This document shows positions 1 to 10,771 of a stretch of DNA of 64,000 nucleotides, piece after piece. The notes beneath the pieces are model-generated. The model was not told the DNA's origin, ran no database searches, and saw nothing but the letters and a program-made list of their open reading frames with translations. How positions within the stretch are numbered: position 1 is the first letter of the stretch; each line of letters opens with the position of its first letter. The position numbers were made by a program, and so were the translations under genes. Source of the DNA: Kiritimatiellia bacterium (GTDB lineage Bacteria > Verrucomicrobiota > Kiritimatiellia > RFP12 > JBMNHG01); NCBI GenBank assembly GCA_050950285.1, contig JBMNHG010000008.1:558001-622000 (forward strand), given 5' to 3'.

Positions 1-860
1 ATCCCGCGATGCTCCTCTACCTGCGCTACCTCGACAACATCGCCTGGCGCGGCATCGTCGATTTCGGCCTGGGCGACTGGTGCCCCGCGGATGAATCGCG
101 CGCCGCCCCCGGCCCCCTCCTCAACACCGGCTACTACTACCTCGACACCCTGCGCACCGCCGCGTTCGCCCGCTTGCTCGGGGAGGATGCCGAAAGCGCC
201 CGCCTCGCCCGCAACGCCGGAAAAATCCGCGACGCCTTCAACCGGACCTATCACAAGGGAGACGGCCACTACGCCAAGGACGAATGGACCTCGCTCGGCG
301 CCGCCCTCTTCTTCGGCCTGGCCGAGTCCGAATGGGCGCCGAAGACCGCGAAGCTCCTCGCCGAAGCCGTCCGCGCCAACGCCCACAAGGCCGATTTCGG
401 CATCCTCGGCGCCAAGTACGTGCCGCGCGTCCTCGCCGCGTACGGCTATGCGGACGACGCCTTCCGGCTGGTGACGCAGACCGACTACCCCGGCTGGGGC
501 CACTGGGTGGCCCGGGGCGCGACCACGCTGCACGAACAGTGGAACGATTCCGCCTCGCTCAACCACATCATGTTCGGAGACCCCTCCGCCTGGGCCTACG
601 AGTTCCTCGGCGGCATCCATCCCTCCTTCGAGCATCCCGGCTTCGCGCACGTCCTGCTGCAGCCGATCTTCCCGTCGGACCTCGACCACTTCAAAGCGAA
701 GCACGACACGCCGCATGGCACGATCCGCGTCTCGTGGAAGCGCGGCGCAAACGGGACGATCGTCTACACGGCGAACCTCCCGAAAGGCGTCACGGCCGAT
801 GTCCGCCTGCCCGGCACGAGGCAGGAGGGCGTCTCCGGCAAACTCTCGTTCGAAGTCTAG
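1..860 (+). CDS. alpha-L-rhamnosidase (GH78), C-terminal part; 5' end lies outside the window
   Basis: Frame open from window start; GLGDWC, GATTLHEQW and SLNHIMFG motifs plus a C-terminal beta-sandwich (HDTPHGTIRVSW) typical of GH78. Confidence 0.9.
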   Translation, partial: PAMLLYLRYLDNIAWRGIVDFGLGDWCPADESRAAPGPLLNTGYYYLDTLRTAAFARLLGEDAESARLARNAGKIRDAFNRTYHKGDGHYAKDEWTSLGAALFFGLAESEWAPKTAKLLAEAVRANAHKADFGILGAKYVPRVLAAYGYADDAFRLVTQTDYPGWGHWVARGATTLHEQWNDSASLNHIMFGDPSAWAYEFLGGIHPSFEHPGFAHVLLQPIFPSDLDHFKAKHDTPHGTIRVSWKRGANGTIVYTANLPKGVTADVRLPGTRQEGVSGKLSFEV

Positions 861-887
861 GCCTTCCCCAAAGAAAGAGACCCGCCG

Positions 888-2198
888 ATGCTCCGGTTGC
901 CCGTCGCCCTCCTTGTCTTCGCCGCCGCCGCGTCCGCCTTCGCCCTCGAAGGGGAGCTGTCGCTCGACCGCGCGCTCGACACCCCCTCCGTCTGGGCCGA
1001 CGGCGACGAGGTCTTCATGCACGACTTCGCGCCCCTGGGCTTCGCGTTCGCCTCCGGGCGCGACACCGCGCGCTCCACCGACGCCGCGCTGTCGTTCCTC
1101 GGCCATCCCGTGGCGGAGGCCTTCGCGGACTTCCGCGACGGCAAGGTCGTGCGGATGCGCTTCACGGTCTACAACCGCGGCGACGCGGCCGAGGAGCTCG
1201 ACGAGGCCGCCTTCGCCGCGCTCGCCCGGGATCTCGACGACAAGCTCCGGGCATGGGCGGGCCGGGCCGGCCGCCCCCTGTCGGAGGACAGCGGAAGGCA
1301 GCACAAGCGCAGTCGCCAGTGGGGCCGCCGCCCCGTCCACGTGCTGCTGGAGTGGGCCTACACGGCCCCCCCGCGCGGCAGGGACGCCTCCACGCCCTTC
1401 CGTGCCGAATACGTGCGCGTCACGCTGATCCCCTTCAAAGGTTCGAGCGCCGCCTCCTTCACCTCCGCGAAGCAGCAGATCACGGGCTATGGACTCAAGA
1501 AGAACGTGGTGCGCCATCCAAACGGCGATGTGCTGCTGTATGGCGTCCCGATGGTGGACCAGGGGCAGAAGGGCTATTGCGCCGCCGCCACCGCCGAACG
1601 GCTCCTGCGGTACTACGGGCGCCAGATGGACCAGCATGACGTCGCGCGGCTCGCGGATACCGCCCGCGCCAGCGGCACCTCGTCCGACGGCATGCTCCAG
1701 GCCTTCCACGAGATCGCCCGGCAGTACCAGCTCGACGTGAAGAAGCTCCGGGATCCGGACTGGAAGGATTACCAGCGCCTCATCTCCGACTACAACCGGC
1801 AGGCGAAGATGGAACGCCTCCCGCCGCTGCCCGACTACGGAAACGTGCTGGACATCAACCAGCTGTACGCCGACATGGATGCGCTGGCGCTGAAAGGGGC
1901 GCGCCTGCGCCGCAAGACGGATTTCCAGAAGTTCCAGCAGGACATCCGGACCTACATCGGAAACGGCGTGCCGCTCCTCTGGTCGTGCATCGTGGGCAAG
2001 TTCCCCGAAAATCCGCCTCTCGCCCTCCAGGGCTCCGGCGGGCACCTCCGGATGATCGTGGGATACAACCCGAAGACCTCCGAAATCCTCTACAGCGACT
2101 CGTGGGGGCCGGGCCACGAGCTCAAGCGGATCCCCGCCGACCAAGCCTGGGCCATCCTCACCGGCCTGTACGTCGTGAAACCCCGCGACATCCGGTAA
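888..2198 (+). CDS. secreted C39-like cysteine peptidase family protein
   Basis: Signal peptide; VPMVDQGQKGYCAAAT (Gln/Cys), GGHLRMIVGY (His), YSDSWG (Asp). Confidence 0.75.
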   Translation: MLRLPVALLVFAAAASAFALEGELSLDRALDTPSVWADGDEVFMHDFAPLGFAFASGRDTARSTDAALSFLGHPVAEAFADFRDGKVVRMRFTVYNRGDAAEELDEAAFAALARDLDDKLRAWAGRAGRPLSEDSGRQHKRSRQWGRRPVHVLLEWAYTAPPRGRDASTPFRAEYVRVTLIPFKGSSAASFTSAKQQITGYGLKKNVVRHPNGDVLLYGVPMVDQGQKGYCAAATAERLLRYYGRQMDQHDVARLADTARASGTSSDGMLQAFHEIARQYQLDVKKLRDPDWKDYQRLISDYNRQAKMERLPPLPDYGNVLDINQLYADMDALALKGARLRRKTDFQKFQQDIRTYIGNGVPLLWSCIVGKFPENPPLALQGSGGHLRMIVGYNPKTSEILYSDSWGPGHELKRIPADQAWAILTGLYVVKPRDIR

Positions 2199-2364
2199 GC
2201 CCGCCCTTGCCGCTTCACCAGGCGGATGGAAGACAGGCCAAACGGGATCGCGCTTTATCGCAGCGCAGGGCCAGGGGATTCGCGCTTCGAAGCAGCCCGT
2301 CGCGTATTCCCCCGTCGCGATTTTCTCCTGTGCAACGGCCGTTTCATGTCGTATTCTTTCCAAC

Positions 2365-5300
2365 ATGAAACTCCAGCATCTCCTCGCGGCCGCGATGTTG
2401 CTCGCGGCGCTCCCCTCGATCGCCACCGAGACGCAGAACACCTCGTTCCGCCTCCTTCCCGTCTCCCGGGCCGTTGCCATCGATGGCCGGATCGACGACT
2501 GGGATCTCCGCGCCGGCTTCTTCGCCTGTGGCGAACTGGAGCACCTGCGCGACCAGTACGCGGTGTGGATGCACGGCATGTACGATGCCGACAACCTCTA
2601 CCTTCTCGCCCGCTGGCGCGATCCCACCCCGCTCAACAACACCGAAACCGTCGGCGGCCACGGCTTCAACGGCGACTGCCTGCAGGTGCGCTTCATCCTC
2701 TTCCCCGACACCCCCGACGCGACCGCCTCGTGGTGGACGCTCTGGCAGGACTCGCTCGGCACGTCCGTCGCGGAAGGGGCCTCCCCCGGCGAGCGCAACG
2801 GATGGCGCCAGCAGAACCTCGCGCCCATGCCCCGCGCCGCCGAACTCGGCGTGAAGCAGGCCTTCCTCGTCGATGGCGACGGCAAAGGCTACGCCCAGGA
2901 GATCTCCATCCCGTGGAAGCTCCTCAGCGTGGCGGGCCGCGCGCCGGCCGCCGGCGACACCATCGGGTTCACCGTGGAGCCGAACTTCACCGCCGGCAGC
3001 TTCGGCCGCATCACCATCAAGGACCTCTTCAACGAACGGGTCGCCACCCCCGACCGAATCTTCACCTTCCGCGCCTTCCAGCACTGGGGAACCGCCACGC
3101 TCGTTCCCCCCGGAACGCCCGTCGAGCCGCAGCCGGTGCTGACGGCCGACGGCCGTTCGTTCCCCGTCTCGATGCAGGACGGCGCGCCCGTCGTCGACTG
3201 GACCGGCCTGATCCGCCGCTTCGAGTGGCCCGGGTTCGAGGAGATCGCCTTCGACATGCCCTTCGACGGCTATGTCTCGCTCGCCCTCTTCGACGGGCAG
3301 GGGCGCATCGTGCGCCACCTCCTCAACTGGGACAACCGCGAAAAAGGCTCGCACGTCACCCGCTGGGACGGCCTCGACGACGCCGTCTACCGCACGCCCG
3401 GCCATCCCGTCCCCGCAGGCGCCTACACGTGGAAGGCCATCGCCCACCCCGGCGCGAAACTCACCTTCCGCGGCTACGCCTGCTACGGCGGCGCCGCCCC
3501 CTGGCAGGGCCGGCCGAACGACACGTGGCTGGGCGATCACGGCGTGCCGTCGGACGTTGTCGCCGACGGCGAACGCGTCTACCTCGCCTGCAATGGCGCG
3601 GAAGGCGGGCGCCACCTTCTGGGCACCGACTTCGACGGCAACGTGGTCTGGTCCCTCCAGAACACCACCGGCATGGGAGACCCCGAACACATCGCGGCCG
3701 CGGACGGGTCGGTCTACATCCTCCATACCACCTGGCGGCCGGGCGAGAGCCACGCCGTCGCGAAGGCGGACGCCGCGACCGGCGCCTACGTCGCCTGGAA
3801 GGGCCGCTCCTCGCACCTGCTCACCGTGAAGGACGTCGAAGGCGCCGCCGGCCACGACCCCGCGCGCGTCGTCACCCTCTCCGGAGCGACTGCCGGCGGC
3901 GGACGCCTCTTCCTTTCCGCCAGCGACGGCGCCGCCGCCGGCGTGGCGATGCTCGACGGCGAAACCGGCGCCTACCTCCAAGGCTGGCCCGTGCCGGACC
4001 CCGGCGCCCTCCACTACGTCCACCCCGGGCGCGTGCTCGCCATCTCCGGCGACTCCATCCTCGCCCTCAATCCCGCCGACGGCTCGATGCAGGCGATCGT
4101 CTCCGGCGTCGCGAACCTCCGGCGCGTCACCGCCTCCGCCGACGGCGCCACCGTCTACGCCTCGCTTGGCGCCCCCGACATGCAGGTCGCGGCCTACGAC
4201 GCCGCCACCGGCCGCGAACTCCGCCGCTATGGCGTCCCCGGCGGCCACCCCCGCGTGGGCAAGTGGAACCCGGACGGCATGATCGATCCCGCCGGCATCG
4301 CCGTGGACCGGATGGGCCAGCTCTGGGTGATGGAGCACTACAACGTCCCGAAACGCGTGAGCGTGTGGAAGCTCGACGACGGCTCGCTCGTGCGCGACTT
4401 CTTCGGTCCCGCCCACTACGGCGCGTCCGGCGCCGCCATCAACCCGCGCGACAAGAACCTCATGGTGGGCGAAGGCTGCGAATGGCGCCTCGACCCCGCC
4501 ACCGGCAAGTCCGAGTGCCTCGGCGCCTTCGACACGGCCACCCACTCCTTCGCCACCTACCGCGAAGGCGCCAACGGCAAGCTCTACCTCGTCGTGAACC
4601 AGATGCACTACGGCACGGGCGTCATCAAGATCTTCGAACGCCGCGGCGACGCCGACTACGCGCTGCTTGCCACCCTCCGCAACGACCGCGTGATCGAAGA
4701 GAACGGCAGGAAGAGCGCCTTCACCGACCTCTGGATCGACCGCAACGGCGACGGCCTCGAACAGCCCGGCGAAGTGGAGTCCATCCCCGGCTTCTTCGGG
4801 TTCGCCGGCTCGAACAGCTGGTCGCTCAACCTCGGCCCCGACCTGGCCTTCTACGCCTATTCGCCCGAAAGCCACCTGCTCTACGCGCTCGTCCCGGACG
4901 GCTTCGCCCCGAACGGCGCCCCCGCCTACTCGCTCGCCGCCCTGCGCGCCCTGCCTCCCGCCGTCGCCGACGGCTACCAGAACAACTACAGCTGCGCCCT
5001 GCCCGATTGCGACAACCGCGTGCTGCTCGCGAACCTGCGCGTGAAGGACCATCCGGCCGGCTTCGTGTGGCACGCCTTCGACATGGAAACCTGGGAGCTG
5101 CTCTGGACCTACCCGAACCCCTTCTTCCAGGTGCATGGCTCGCACAGCGCCCCCGCGCCCGACCCAGGCCTCTTCCGCGGCGCGTACGGCCCCGTCGGCA
5201 CCCTCCGCACCGACGCCACCGGCCCCTTCTGGGTCATCAACGGCAACCTCGGAGAATGGTATTGCCTCACCTCCAGCGGCTTCTTCCTCGCCCGCCTCTT

Positions 5301-6270
5301 CAGCGGAAACGTCTTCGAATGGGTGTGGCCCGAGAAGCCCGTCCCCGGCGTCGACATGACCCGCCTTCCCCCCGGCAGCGGCGGCGAGGACTTCGGCGGC
5401 TCCGCCACGCTGGCCGCCGACGGCTCGCTGCTGGTGCAGGCCGGCAAGTCCGCCATCTGGAACCTCGCCCTCGAAGGACTCGACCAGACCGTCGAAATCG
5501 GCCGGGGCGAAGTCGTCCTCGACGAGGCGGACGTCGCACGGGCGCACGCGTTGCGCGAGGAGGCCCTCCAGGCCGGCGCGGGCGCGAAGCGCATGGACGT
5601 GCGCGCCGGCGCCGTCGCCTTCACCGGGAACTTCGGCAACGACTTCCGCAACGGCGACATCCTTTCCTTCCAGAAGTCCGACGACGCCCGCGTCCGCGCG
5701 TCGCTGGCCTACGACGACGAACTCCTCTACCTCGGATGGGAGGTCCGGGACGCCACCCCCTGGGTGAACGGCGCGGTCGATCCCGCCCAAATCTACGCCT
5801 GCGGCGACACGGTCGACTTCCAGATCGGCACGGATCGCTCCGCCCCCGCGGACCGCGGCAAGCCGGTCAAGGGCGACCTCCGCCTCTCCATCGGCAACCT
5901 CCAGGGCGAGCCCGTCGCCGTGCTCTACCGCTTCGTCGCCGACGACCAGGCCCGCGCGCGCACCTTCTCCTCCGGCGTCGTCCAGGGCTATCGGGTCGAT
6001 TCCGTCGAAGTGCTCCGCAACGCAACCGTCCAGGTGAAGGTGGGCGCCGGCCAGTACGTGGTCGAAGCCACCGTCCCGCTCGCGACCCTCGGCCTGAACC
6101 CGGTCGCCGGGGACGTCTACCGGGGCGACTTCGGCGCCACGCACGGAACGCCCTCCGGCGACGACACCCGCCTGCGCACCCACTGGGCGAACCAGCAGAC
6201 CGGCCTCGTCGACGACGTCGTCTTCGAACTGCAGATCACCCCCGCCAACTGGGGCGACCTGGCCTTCTAA
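2365..6270 (+). CDS. large secreted protein: CBM9/DOMON-like sugar-binding domains, FlgD-Ig domain, beta-propeller core
   Basis: Signal peptide; IDGRIDDW and YDADNLYL / YDDELLYLGWEV CBM9-like motifs; FlgD-like 'GYVSLALFDGQGRIVRHL...WDGLDD'; NHL-like PAGIAVD repeat; strong GC3 codon bias. Confidence 0.75.
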   Translation: MKLQHLLAAAMLLAALPSIATETQNTSFRLLPVSRAVAIDGRIDDWDLRAGFFACGELEHLRDQYAVWMHGMYDADNLYLLARWRDPTPLNNTETVGGHGFNGDCLQVRFILFPDTPDATASWWTLWQDSLGTSVAEGASPGERNGWRQQNLAPMPRAAELGVKQAFLVDGDGKGYAQEISIPWKLLSVAGRAPAAGDTIGFTVEPNFTAGSFGRITIKDLFNERVATPDRIFTFRAFQHWGTATLVPPGTPVEPQPVLTADGRSFPVSMQDGAPVVDWTGLIRRFEWPGFEEIAFDMPFDGYVSLALFDGQGRIVRHLLNWDNREKGSHVTRWDGLDDAVYRTPGHPVPAGAYTWKAIAHPGAKLTFRGYACYGGAAPWQGRPNDTWLGDHGVPSDVVADGERVYLACNGAEGGRHLLGTDFDGNVVWSLQNTTGMGDPEHIAAADGSVYILHTTWRPGESHAVAKADAATGAYVAWKGRSSHLLTVKDVEGAAGHDPARVVTLSGATAGGGRLFLSASDGAAAGVAMLDGETGAYLQGWPVPDPGALHYVHPGRVLAISGDSILALNPADGSMQAIVSGVANLRRVTASADGATVYASLGAPDMQVAAYDAATGRELRRYGVPGGHPRVGKWNPDGMIDPAGIAVDRMGQLWVMEHYNVPKRVSVWKLDDGSLVRDFFGPAHYGASGAAINPRDKNLMVGEGCEWRLDPATGKSECLGAFDTATHSFATYREGANGKLYLVVNQMHYGTGVIKIFERRGDADYALLATLRNDRVIEENGRKSAFTDLWIDRNGDGLEQPGEVESIPGFFGFAGSNSWSLNLGPDLAFYAYSPESHLLYALVPDGFAPNGAPAYSLAALRALPPAVADGYQNNYSCALPDCDNRVLLANLRVKDHPAGFVWHAFDMETWELLWTYPNPFFQVHGSHSAPAPDPGLFRGAYGPVGTLRTDATGPFWVINGNLGEWYCLTSSGFFLARLFSGNVFEWVWPEKPVPGVDMTRLPPGSGGEDFGGSATLAADGSLLVQAGKSAIWNLALEGLDQTVEIGRGEVVLDEADVARAHALREEALQAGAGAKRMDVRAGAVAFTGNFGNDFRNGDILSFQKSDDARVRASLAYDDELLYLGWEVRDATPWVNGAVDPAQIYACGDTVDFQIGTDRSAPADRGKPVKGDLRLSIGNLQGEPVAVLYRFVADDQARARTFSSGVVQGYRVDSVEVLRNATVQVKVGAGQYVVEATVPLATLGLNPVAGDVYRGDFGATHGTPSGDDTRLRTHWANQQTGLVDDVVFELQITPANWGDLAF

Positions 6271-6314
6271 CGCCAGATTCCATCCGGACGCCCCGCCGCC
6301 GGGGCGCCCAAGCC

Positions 6315-6355
6315 AAACAGCGGCACGCCGTTTTTCCCGCGGCGCGCCGCTGTTT
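6315..6355. terminator. GC-rich hairpin after 2365..6270; left copy of a 36-bp direct repeat
   Basis: AAACAGCGGCACGCCG-loop-CGGCGCGCCGCTGTTT; 6320-6355 matches 35577-35612 at 32/36. Confidence 0.55.
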
Positions 6356-6608
6356 CGCGGCAGCCGGCGCGGCGACTGCCGCCCCGCCATGTTTTCCTCA
6401 CGACACCACGCCCATGGTGCGTCGCCCCTCCGCGTCGGCCGCGAAACGGGCCGGGAGCGAGCCCGATAAAACGCTCGACAATCCGCAGCCTGGATACTAT
6501 GTTCACGGCAATCGTGCCGGAGACGCTTCCCCCGGAACCTCTTGGCTGAACCGGGCCGCCATCCGGCCCACGAGGAACTCCAAAACTCCAAAAGGTAGAG
6601 GTACAGAC

Positions 6609-8006
6609 ATGAAGAGATCCCTCATGAACAGGCAGGGCTGCCGCAAGGCGCTCGGCTTTCTTTCCGCCTGCCTGGTGGCCTTGGGCGCTTCGGCCATCGA
6701 CATCACAACCGACACGACCGTGACGGGCACGAACATTGCGGCCTACACCGCCGCCGACATCCACATCGCAGAGGGTGCGTCGCTGACGCTTTTGGATCCG
6801 GACATGGACTACACCTTTACGGGTGCGCTCTCGGGCGGCGGCAATTTCGTCTGCAGGGCGGCCTCCGCCGGGGAGAGGCGCATGACGCTTTCAGGGGATT
6901 CGCCCGCGTTCTCCGGCGGCTTCTTTTTCACGAACGTGGCCTTTTACGTGTCGTCGCCTGCGGCCATCGGCAACGCCCGGCAGTTTACGGCCGATTATGA
7001 TGCCGATCTCGATACGCCCATGTCGCAGTGCGTTTTCGACGGACAGGGCGCGTACGACTGCGCATGCGATTTCAAAGTGCAAACCACCTCGTGGCCCAAT
7101 CGCGGCCTCAAGCTCAACCATGTCGATACGGAACTGGCCGGCGCGGTTACGTGGCGCGGCGGCCGCGTTTTCGGTCCCGGCAAGATCACGGGGTATATAA
7201 CGTCCGATGCCTGGCTCTACGCCTCGGGGGACGTTCACATTGCGGGCGGGGCCAGCGTGCCGTCCTGGGCGAAGTTCACCAACGACGGTTCTCCCGTGTG
7301 GATTGACAGCGTCGTGACGGGTCCGATCTGGATCAACCAGAGCACGGTGCACTTCGGTTGCGCAAACGCCCTTCTCTGGGCCGTGGCCTTTTCGGGAGCC
7401 GCAGCAACGCTGGATCTCAACGGGTGGGATCAAAAGATCCTGCTGTATCCGGAATCCAATGTAACCATCACGAGCGAGAAGCCGGCGACGCTCACGCTTC
7501 AGGCGATGTATGAGAATCGGACGCTCGGCAATCTGGACGGAGCCGTTTCCCTCGCCTATCATCCGTGGGAAAGTCCGAACCGAAGCATGACGTTGGCGGG
7601 CGCCAACAATACGACGACCGGGTTTGTCCAGGTGGCGTATTGCGACTGCGAACTCACCTTGGCGAACGGCGTCCGATTTGTCAATGCGGCGACGTTGCGC
7701 GTGTCGTCGGAGGGTTGGCCGAAGCCCCGGCTTGTCGTCCCCGAGAATGCGACCGTCCAGTGCGCAAAGAGCACGCTCGAGATCACGGAGACCGGTCTCA
7801 CGACGGGCGACGCCCGCGTCAGCGTCGGGGCGAACGGACTGCTTGTCGTGAAGAATGCTTCCGTCACCGTCGACGGCGTGACGAGAAATGTCGCGCCGGG
7901 CGACTACAAGGCCGGGAACGGCACGGCGCTTGGCGCCCGCATGCTGGGCACGGGTACGATTCGCGTGTTGTCGGGAAGGGGAGGCACCGCCTTCATCCTC
8001 CGCTGA
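6609..8006 (+). CDS. secreted autotransporter-passenger-like beta-helix protein, no beta-barrel, C-terminal GTAFILR tail
   Basis: ATG 6609 in the 3' part of ORF 2226..8006; signal peptide; 'FTGALSGGGNF', 'TLDLNGWDQ', 'MTLAGANNTTTG' passenger-type repeats. Confidence 0.7.
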   Translation: MKRSLMNRQGCRKALGFLSACLVALGASAIDITTDTTVTGTNIAAYTAADIHIAEGASLTLLDPDMDYTFTGALSGGGNFVCRAASAGERRMTLSGDSPAFSGGFFFTNVAFYVSSPAAIGNARQFTADYDADLDTPMSQCVFDGQGAYDCACDFKVQTTSWPNRGLKLNHVDTELAGAVTWRGGRVFGPGKITGYITSDAWLYASGDVHIAGGASVPSWAKFTNDGSPVWIDSVVTGPIWINQSTVHFGCANALLWAVAFSGAAATLDLNGWDQKILLYPESNVTITSEKPATLTLQAMYENRTLGNLDGAVSLAYHPWESPNRSMTLAGANNTTTGFVQVAYCDCELTLANGVRFVNAATLRVSSEGWPKPRLVVPENATVQCAKSTLEITETGLTTGDARVSVGANGLLVVKNASVTVDGVTRNVAPGDYKAGNGTALGARMLGTGTIRVLSGRGGTAFILR

Positions 8007-8007
8007 T

Positions 8008-10578
8008 ATGAAAAGGCTGCTTCCTCGTTTGTGCGTGTCGCTTGTGGGAGTTGTGTCTGCCTTGTTGTCCCGCGGCGCCGATATCGCCGGCCGCAAGATG
8101 GTCTGGGCGCATTACGTGCCGTGGCATACGCCTGACAATGCGTCGCAGCTTTCCGACCGGTATTATTGTTTCCCGCAGTTTGAACCGGGGTCGGATCCGT
8201 TCCGCGCAGAGGTCCTGCGAGCCCTGGACATGGGCATTGACGGATTCTTCAACGACATGGTGGCGCAGACGGGCGGCGCGCCCGTCTTTTGGGACTTGCG
8301 CCCCTATCTGAAGGCGGCGGAGGGGACGCCGTTCCTGTTCGGCATCTGCCTGGATGCGAAGTCGACGGCCGACCAGCAGGCCAAGGACCTGGTGATGATG
8401 TTGTCGACGTATGGCGACCATCCGAATTACCCGAAGTGGAAGGGCCGCTATGTGGTCGCCACCTACTCGTTCTTCGCCTGGACGCCGGACGAGTGGCGCG
8501 CCATTCGCAAGGGGTGCGCCGATGCGGGATATCCGATAGGGGTGGTCGCCAACATCGAAAGCGGCTTTGACAACTATGACGACAGCCGGCTGGAACCGTA
8601 TCTCGGCACGTTCGAAAGCGCCTATTTCTTTGCCCTGACCGGATGCGCATGGAACGATACGAAGCCACTGGAGCAGGAACAGCGGGAGGCGGCCGACTTT
8701 TGCGCGCGGAACGGCGCGCTGTTCATGCCATGTCTCTGGCCGGGCTATTACGGCGGCTGGCTCTCCGGAAGGAACTGCTTCTATCAGCCGCTGTTGGGTT
8801 TCGACATGTTGCTCCGGCGGTATGGGTGTTCGCGCGCGATAGACACGCCGTGGCTGCATATTACGACGTGGAACGACCACGACGAGACGACGCTCCAGTC
8901 CCGGCGGCTGGCAACGGCCAATCCGGCTCTCATCCGCGCGATGTCTCGCGAGTTCAAGGGGCTGCCGCCGGCAGCGAAGGAAGAGATCGCGTTCGCCTAT
9001 CTGCGAGAGACAATGGCCGGCACGGTTTTGCGCATTGAAGGGATTCGCCTGCCGTCGGCCTCGGCGGAGACTGTGAGTGTCGAGGGGCGCCTGCTGGATG
9101 TGGACGGGAACGCCGTGGCGAGGCTGGCACCCCGAAAGTTGTCGGACAACTGGGAGCGGTGCGAATGGCTGGTGTCGACGACGGCGTTGGCAGCCTCGCC
9201 CGTCCTTGTCCCCGAAGTGACGATCACGCGCGGGAAGGAGGTCCGAACCCTGCAACTTCCAGCGGCATTTCTCGTGACGGGTTTCTTGAAATGCAACGAC
9301 ACCGTGAAAGTTTCCGAACGGGATCGCCGGACCGTCGACAATTCGTTCGCCTTGGATTGGAAGGACGGCATTCTTTCCGGCGAGTGCCAGTTCACGGGCG
9401 ATGCGATGCTGAAGCGGGCCGTCCTCTATCGGAACGAACGTCCGGTAACGGCGTTTGACCACAGGAAGAAGACCGTTCTTCCCGTGCATTTGGGCGGCGT
9501 GAACGACATCGCCCTCAGTGTCGAGAAGGGTCGGATCGAGTGCGCGGTCAAGAGCTTCGAGACGAACGGCGCGCCGCATTTCGCCTGGTCCGACAAGCGC
9601 ATCGAGTCGACCATGACGCCCGGCTGGATGCATCTGACGGCGCGGATCGAAGCGGACGCGTCATCCGTTTTGACGCTGGCCAACAACGATCGGAGCCGTT
9701 CTTTCGGCGTGCCCGAATTGCTGGAGGAAGAGCGGCTGGCCGTCGGGGAAAGCCATGTCCGGCTCGGGCCTGACGGCACGATTTACGATTTGCCGACCCT
9801 TGACCGGAAGAGCGGCCCCGTGTTTTTGTCGGTCTGGATGCCCGCGCCCGAACCGACGGATGCCTTTTGGATCGAATTCGAGTTCGCCGACGGCACGTTT
9901 GCCGAATCGTCGATCCAGTATCCGTTTGCGACGACGCGTGAAGCGATCAGAATGAATGTCGTCGAGACGGCCATCACCCTGGAACATACGACCGGCGCCT
10001 CCGGCACGCCCGACACGACGGTGTTCCTGACGGAGGAGGAAAAGTGGCCCGTTCGCGAGACGAAAGTGGTCGAAGCCCTGGTTTCACCGCTGGCGATCCG
10101 AAACGAACGCTTTGATTTTTCCGGCCAGCCGATGCTGCGTCCGGTGTTGCCGCACCGCCGTTGGCCGATGGGGCCTTTCGCCCTGACGTGCCATTTCACG
10201 CGGCTGGCTGACGATGGGGAAAGCCACCCGGTTTTGATTCGGGAGGGCTGGAACGAAGCTCCGGAACTCAGACTTCTTGCGGACGGACGAATTGAGGCGT
10301 CGTATGGTGGAGGCAGCGGCCGTGGAACCGGAGAATTCGGCTACAACGTCCAGTCGCTGGAGCCATTGGAGATGGGGCGCGAGGCGAGGATTGAGCTGGT
10401 CAACGACGGAAAAAGGTTCAGCCTGCACGTGGATGGCGAATTGCAAGGCGAGGCGATGCTTCCTCCGTTGCGGGCGTATGGCAATCTTACGCCCCGTTTG
10501 GGAGACGGGATCAATGGGAGCGACCCCCAAGTCGGGACTCTTCGCGACGTGAGTTTTTCCGGCCGCCCAGTGCCATGA
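8008..10578 (+). CDS. secreted GH71/GH99-like glycoside hydrolase with C-terminal LamG-like domain
   Basis: ATG 1 nt after upstream stop; signal peptide; VWAHYVPW, MGIDGFF and ITTWNDHDE motifs; C-terminal 'FSLHVDGELQGE...RLGDG'. Confidence 0.65.
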   Translation: MKRLLPRLCVSLVGVVSALLSRGADIAGRKMVWAHYVPWHTPDNASQLSDRYYCFPQFEPGSDPFRAEVLRALDMGIDGFFNDMVAQTGGAPVFWDLRPYLKAAEGTPFLFGICLDAKSTADQQAKDLVMMLSTYGDHPNYPKWKGRYVVATYSFFAWTPDEWRAIRKGCADAGYPIGVVANIESGFDNYDDSRLEPYLGTFESAYFFALTGCAWNDTKPLEQEQREAADFCARNGALFMPCLWPGYYGGWLSGRNCFYQPLLGFDMLLRRYGCSRAIDTPWLHITTWNDHDETTLQSRRLATANPALIRAMSREFKGLPPAAKEEIAFAYLRETMAGTVLRIEGIRLPSASAETVSVEGRLLDVDGNAVARLAPRKLSDNWERCEWLVSTTALAASPVLVPEVTITRGKEVRTLQLPAAFLVTGFLKCNDTVKVSERDRRTVDNSFALDWKDGILSGECQFTGDAMLKRAVLYRNERPVTAFDHRKKTVLPVHLGGVNDIALSVEKGRIECAVKSFETNGAPHFAWSDKRIESTMTPGWMHLTARIEADASSVLTLANNDRSRSFGVPELLEEERLAVGESHVRLGPDGTIYDLPTLDRKSGPVFLSVWMPAPEPTDAFWIEFEFADGTFAESSIQYPFATTREAIRMNVVETAITLEHTTGASGTPDTTVFLTEEEKWPVRETKVVEALVSPLAIRNERFDFSGQPMLRPVLPHRRWPMGPFALTCHFTRLADDGESHPVLIREGWNEAPELRLLADGRIEASYGGGSGRGTGEFGYNVQSLEPLEMGREARIELVNDGKRFSLHVDGELQGEAMLPPLRAYGNLTPRLGDGINGSDPQVGTLRDVSFSGRPVP

Positions 10579-10709
10579 CGCACGGAAAACGAACGACCTG
10601 TTCCCGTGCTTGATGCCAGTCCATCGGCATCCGCAGCGGACTGTCCCCGAGTTTCCCAGAATCCTTGACCGCTTCCGGGGCGATATCCCATAATCGGTTC
10701 CCGTCGCAT

Positions 10710-10742
10710 CTTCAGCATTCCTTAAGGTTGCTCCCGTATGAT
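10710..10742 (+). promoter_or_regulatory. PmrA/QseB-like tandem box plus -10 element upstream of the response regulator
   Basis: CTTCAG-N5-CTTAAG (10710-10726), then 10 nt, then TATGAT (10737-10742). Confidence 0.6.
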
Positions 10743-10771
10743 TCGGTTCCAACAAACGGGGATCGGCGGTC

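Noticed and set aside
2226..6608. 1926-aa ORF 2226..8006 as a single gene
   Set aside because: The N-terminal ~1460 aa is an Arg/Pro-rich shadow frame over the real gene 2365..6270; only the part from ATG 6609 looks like protein
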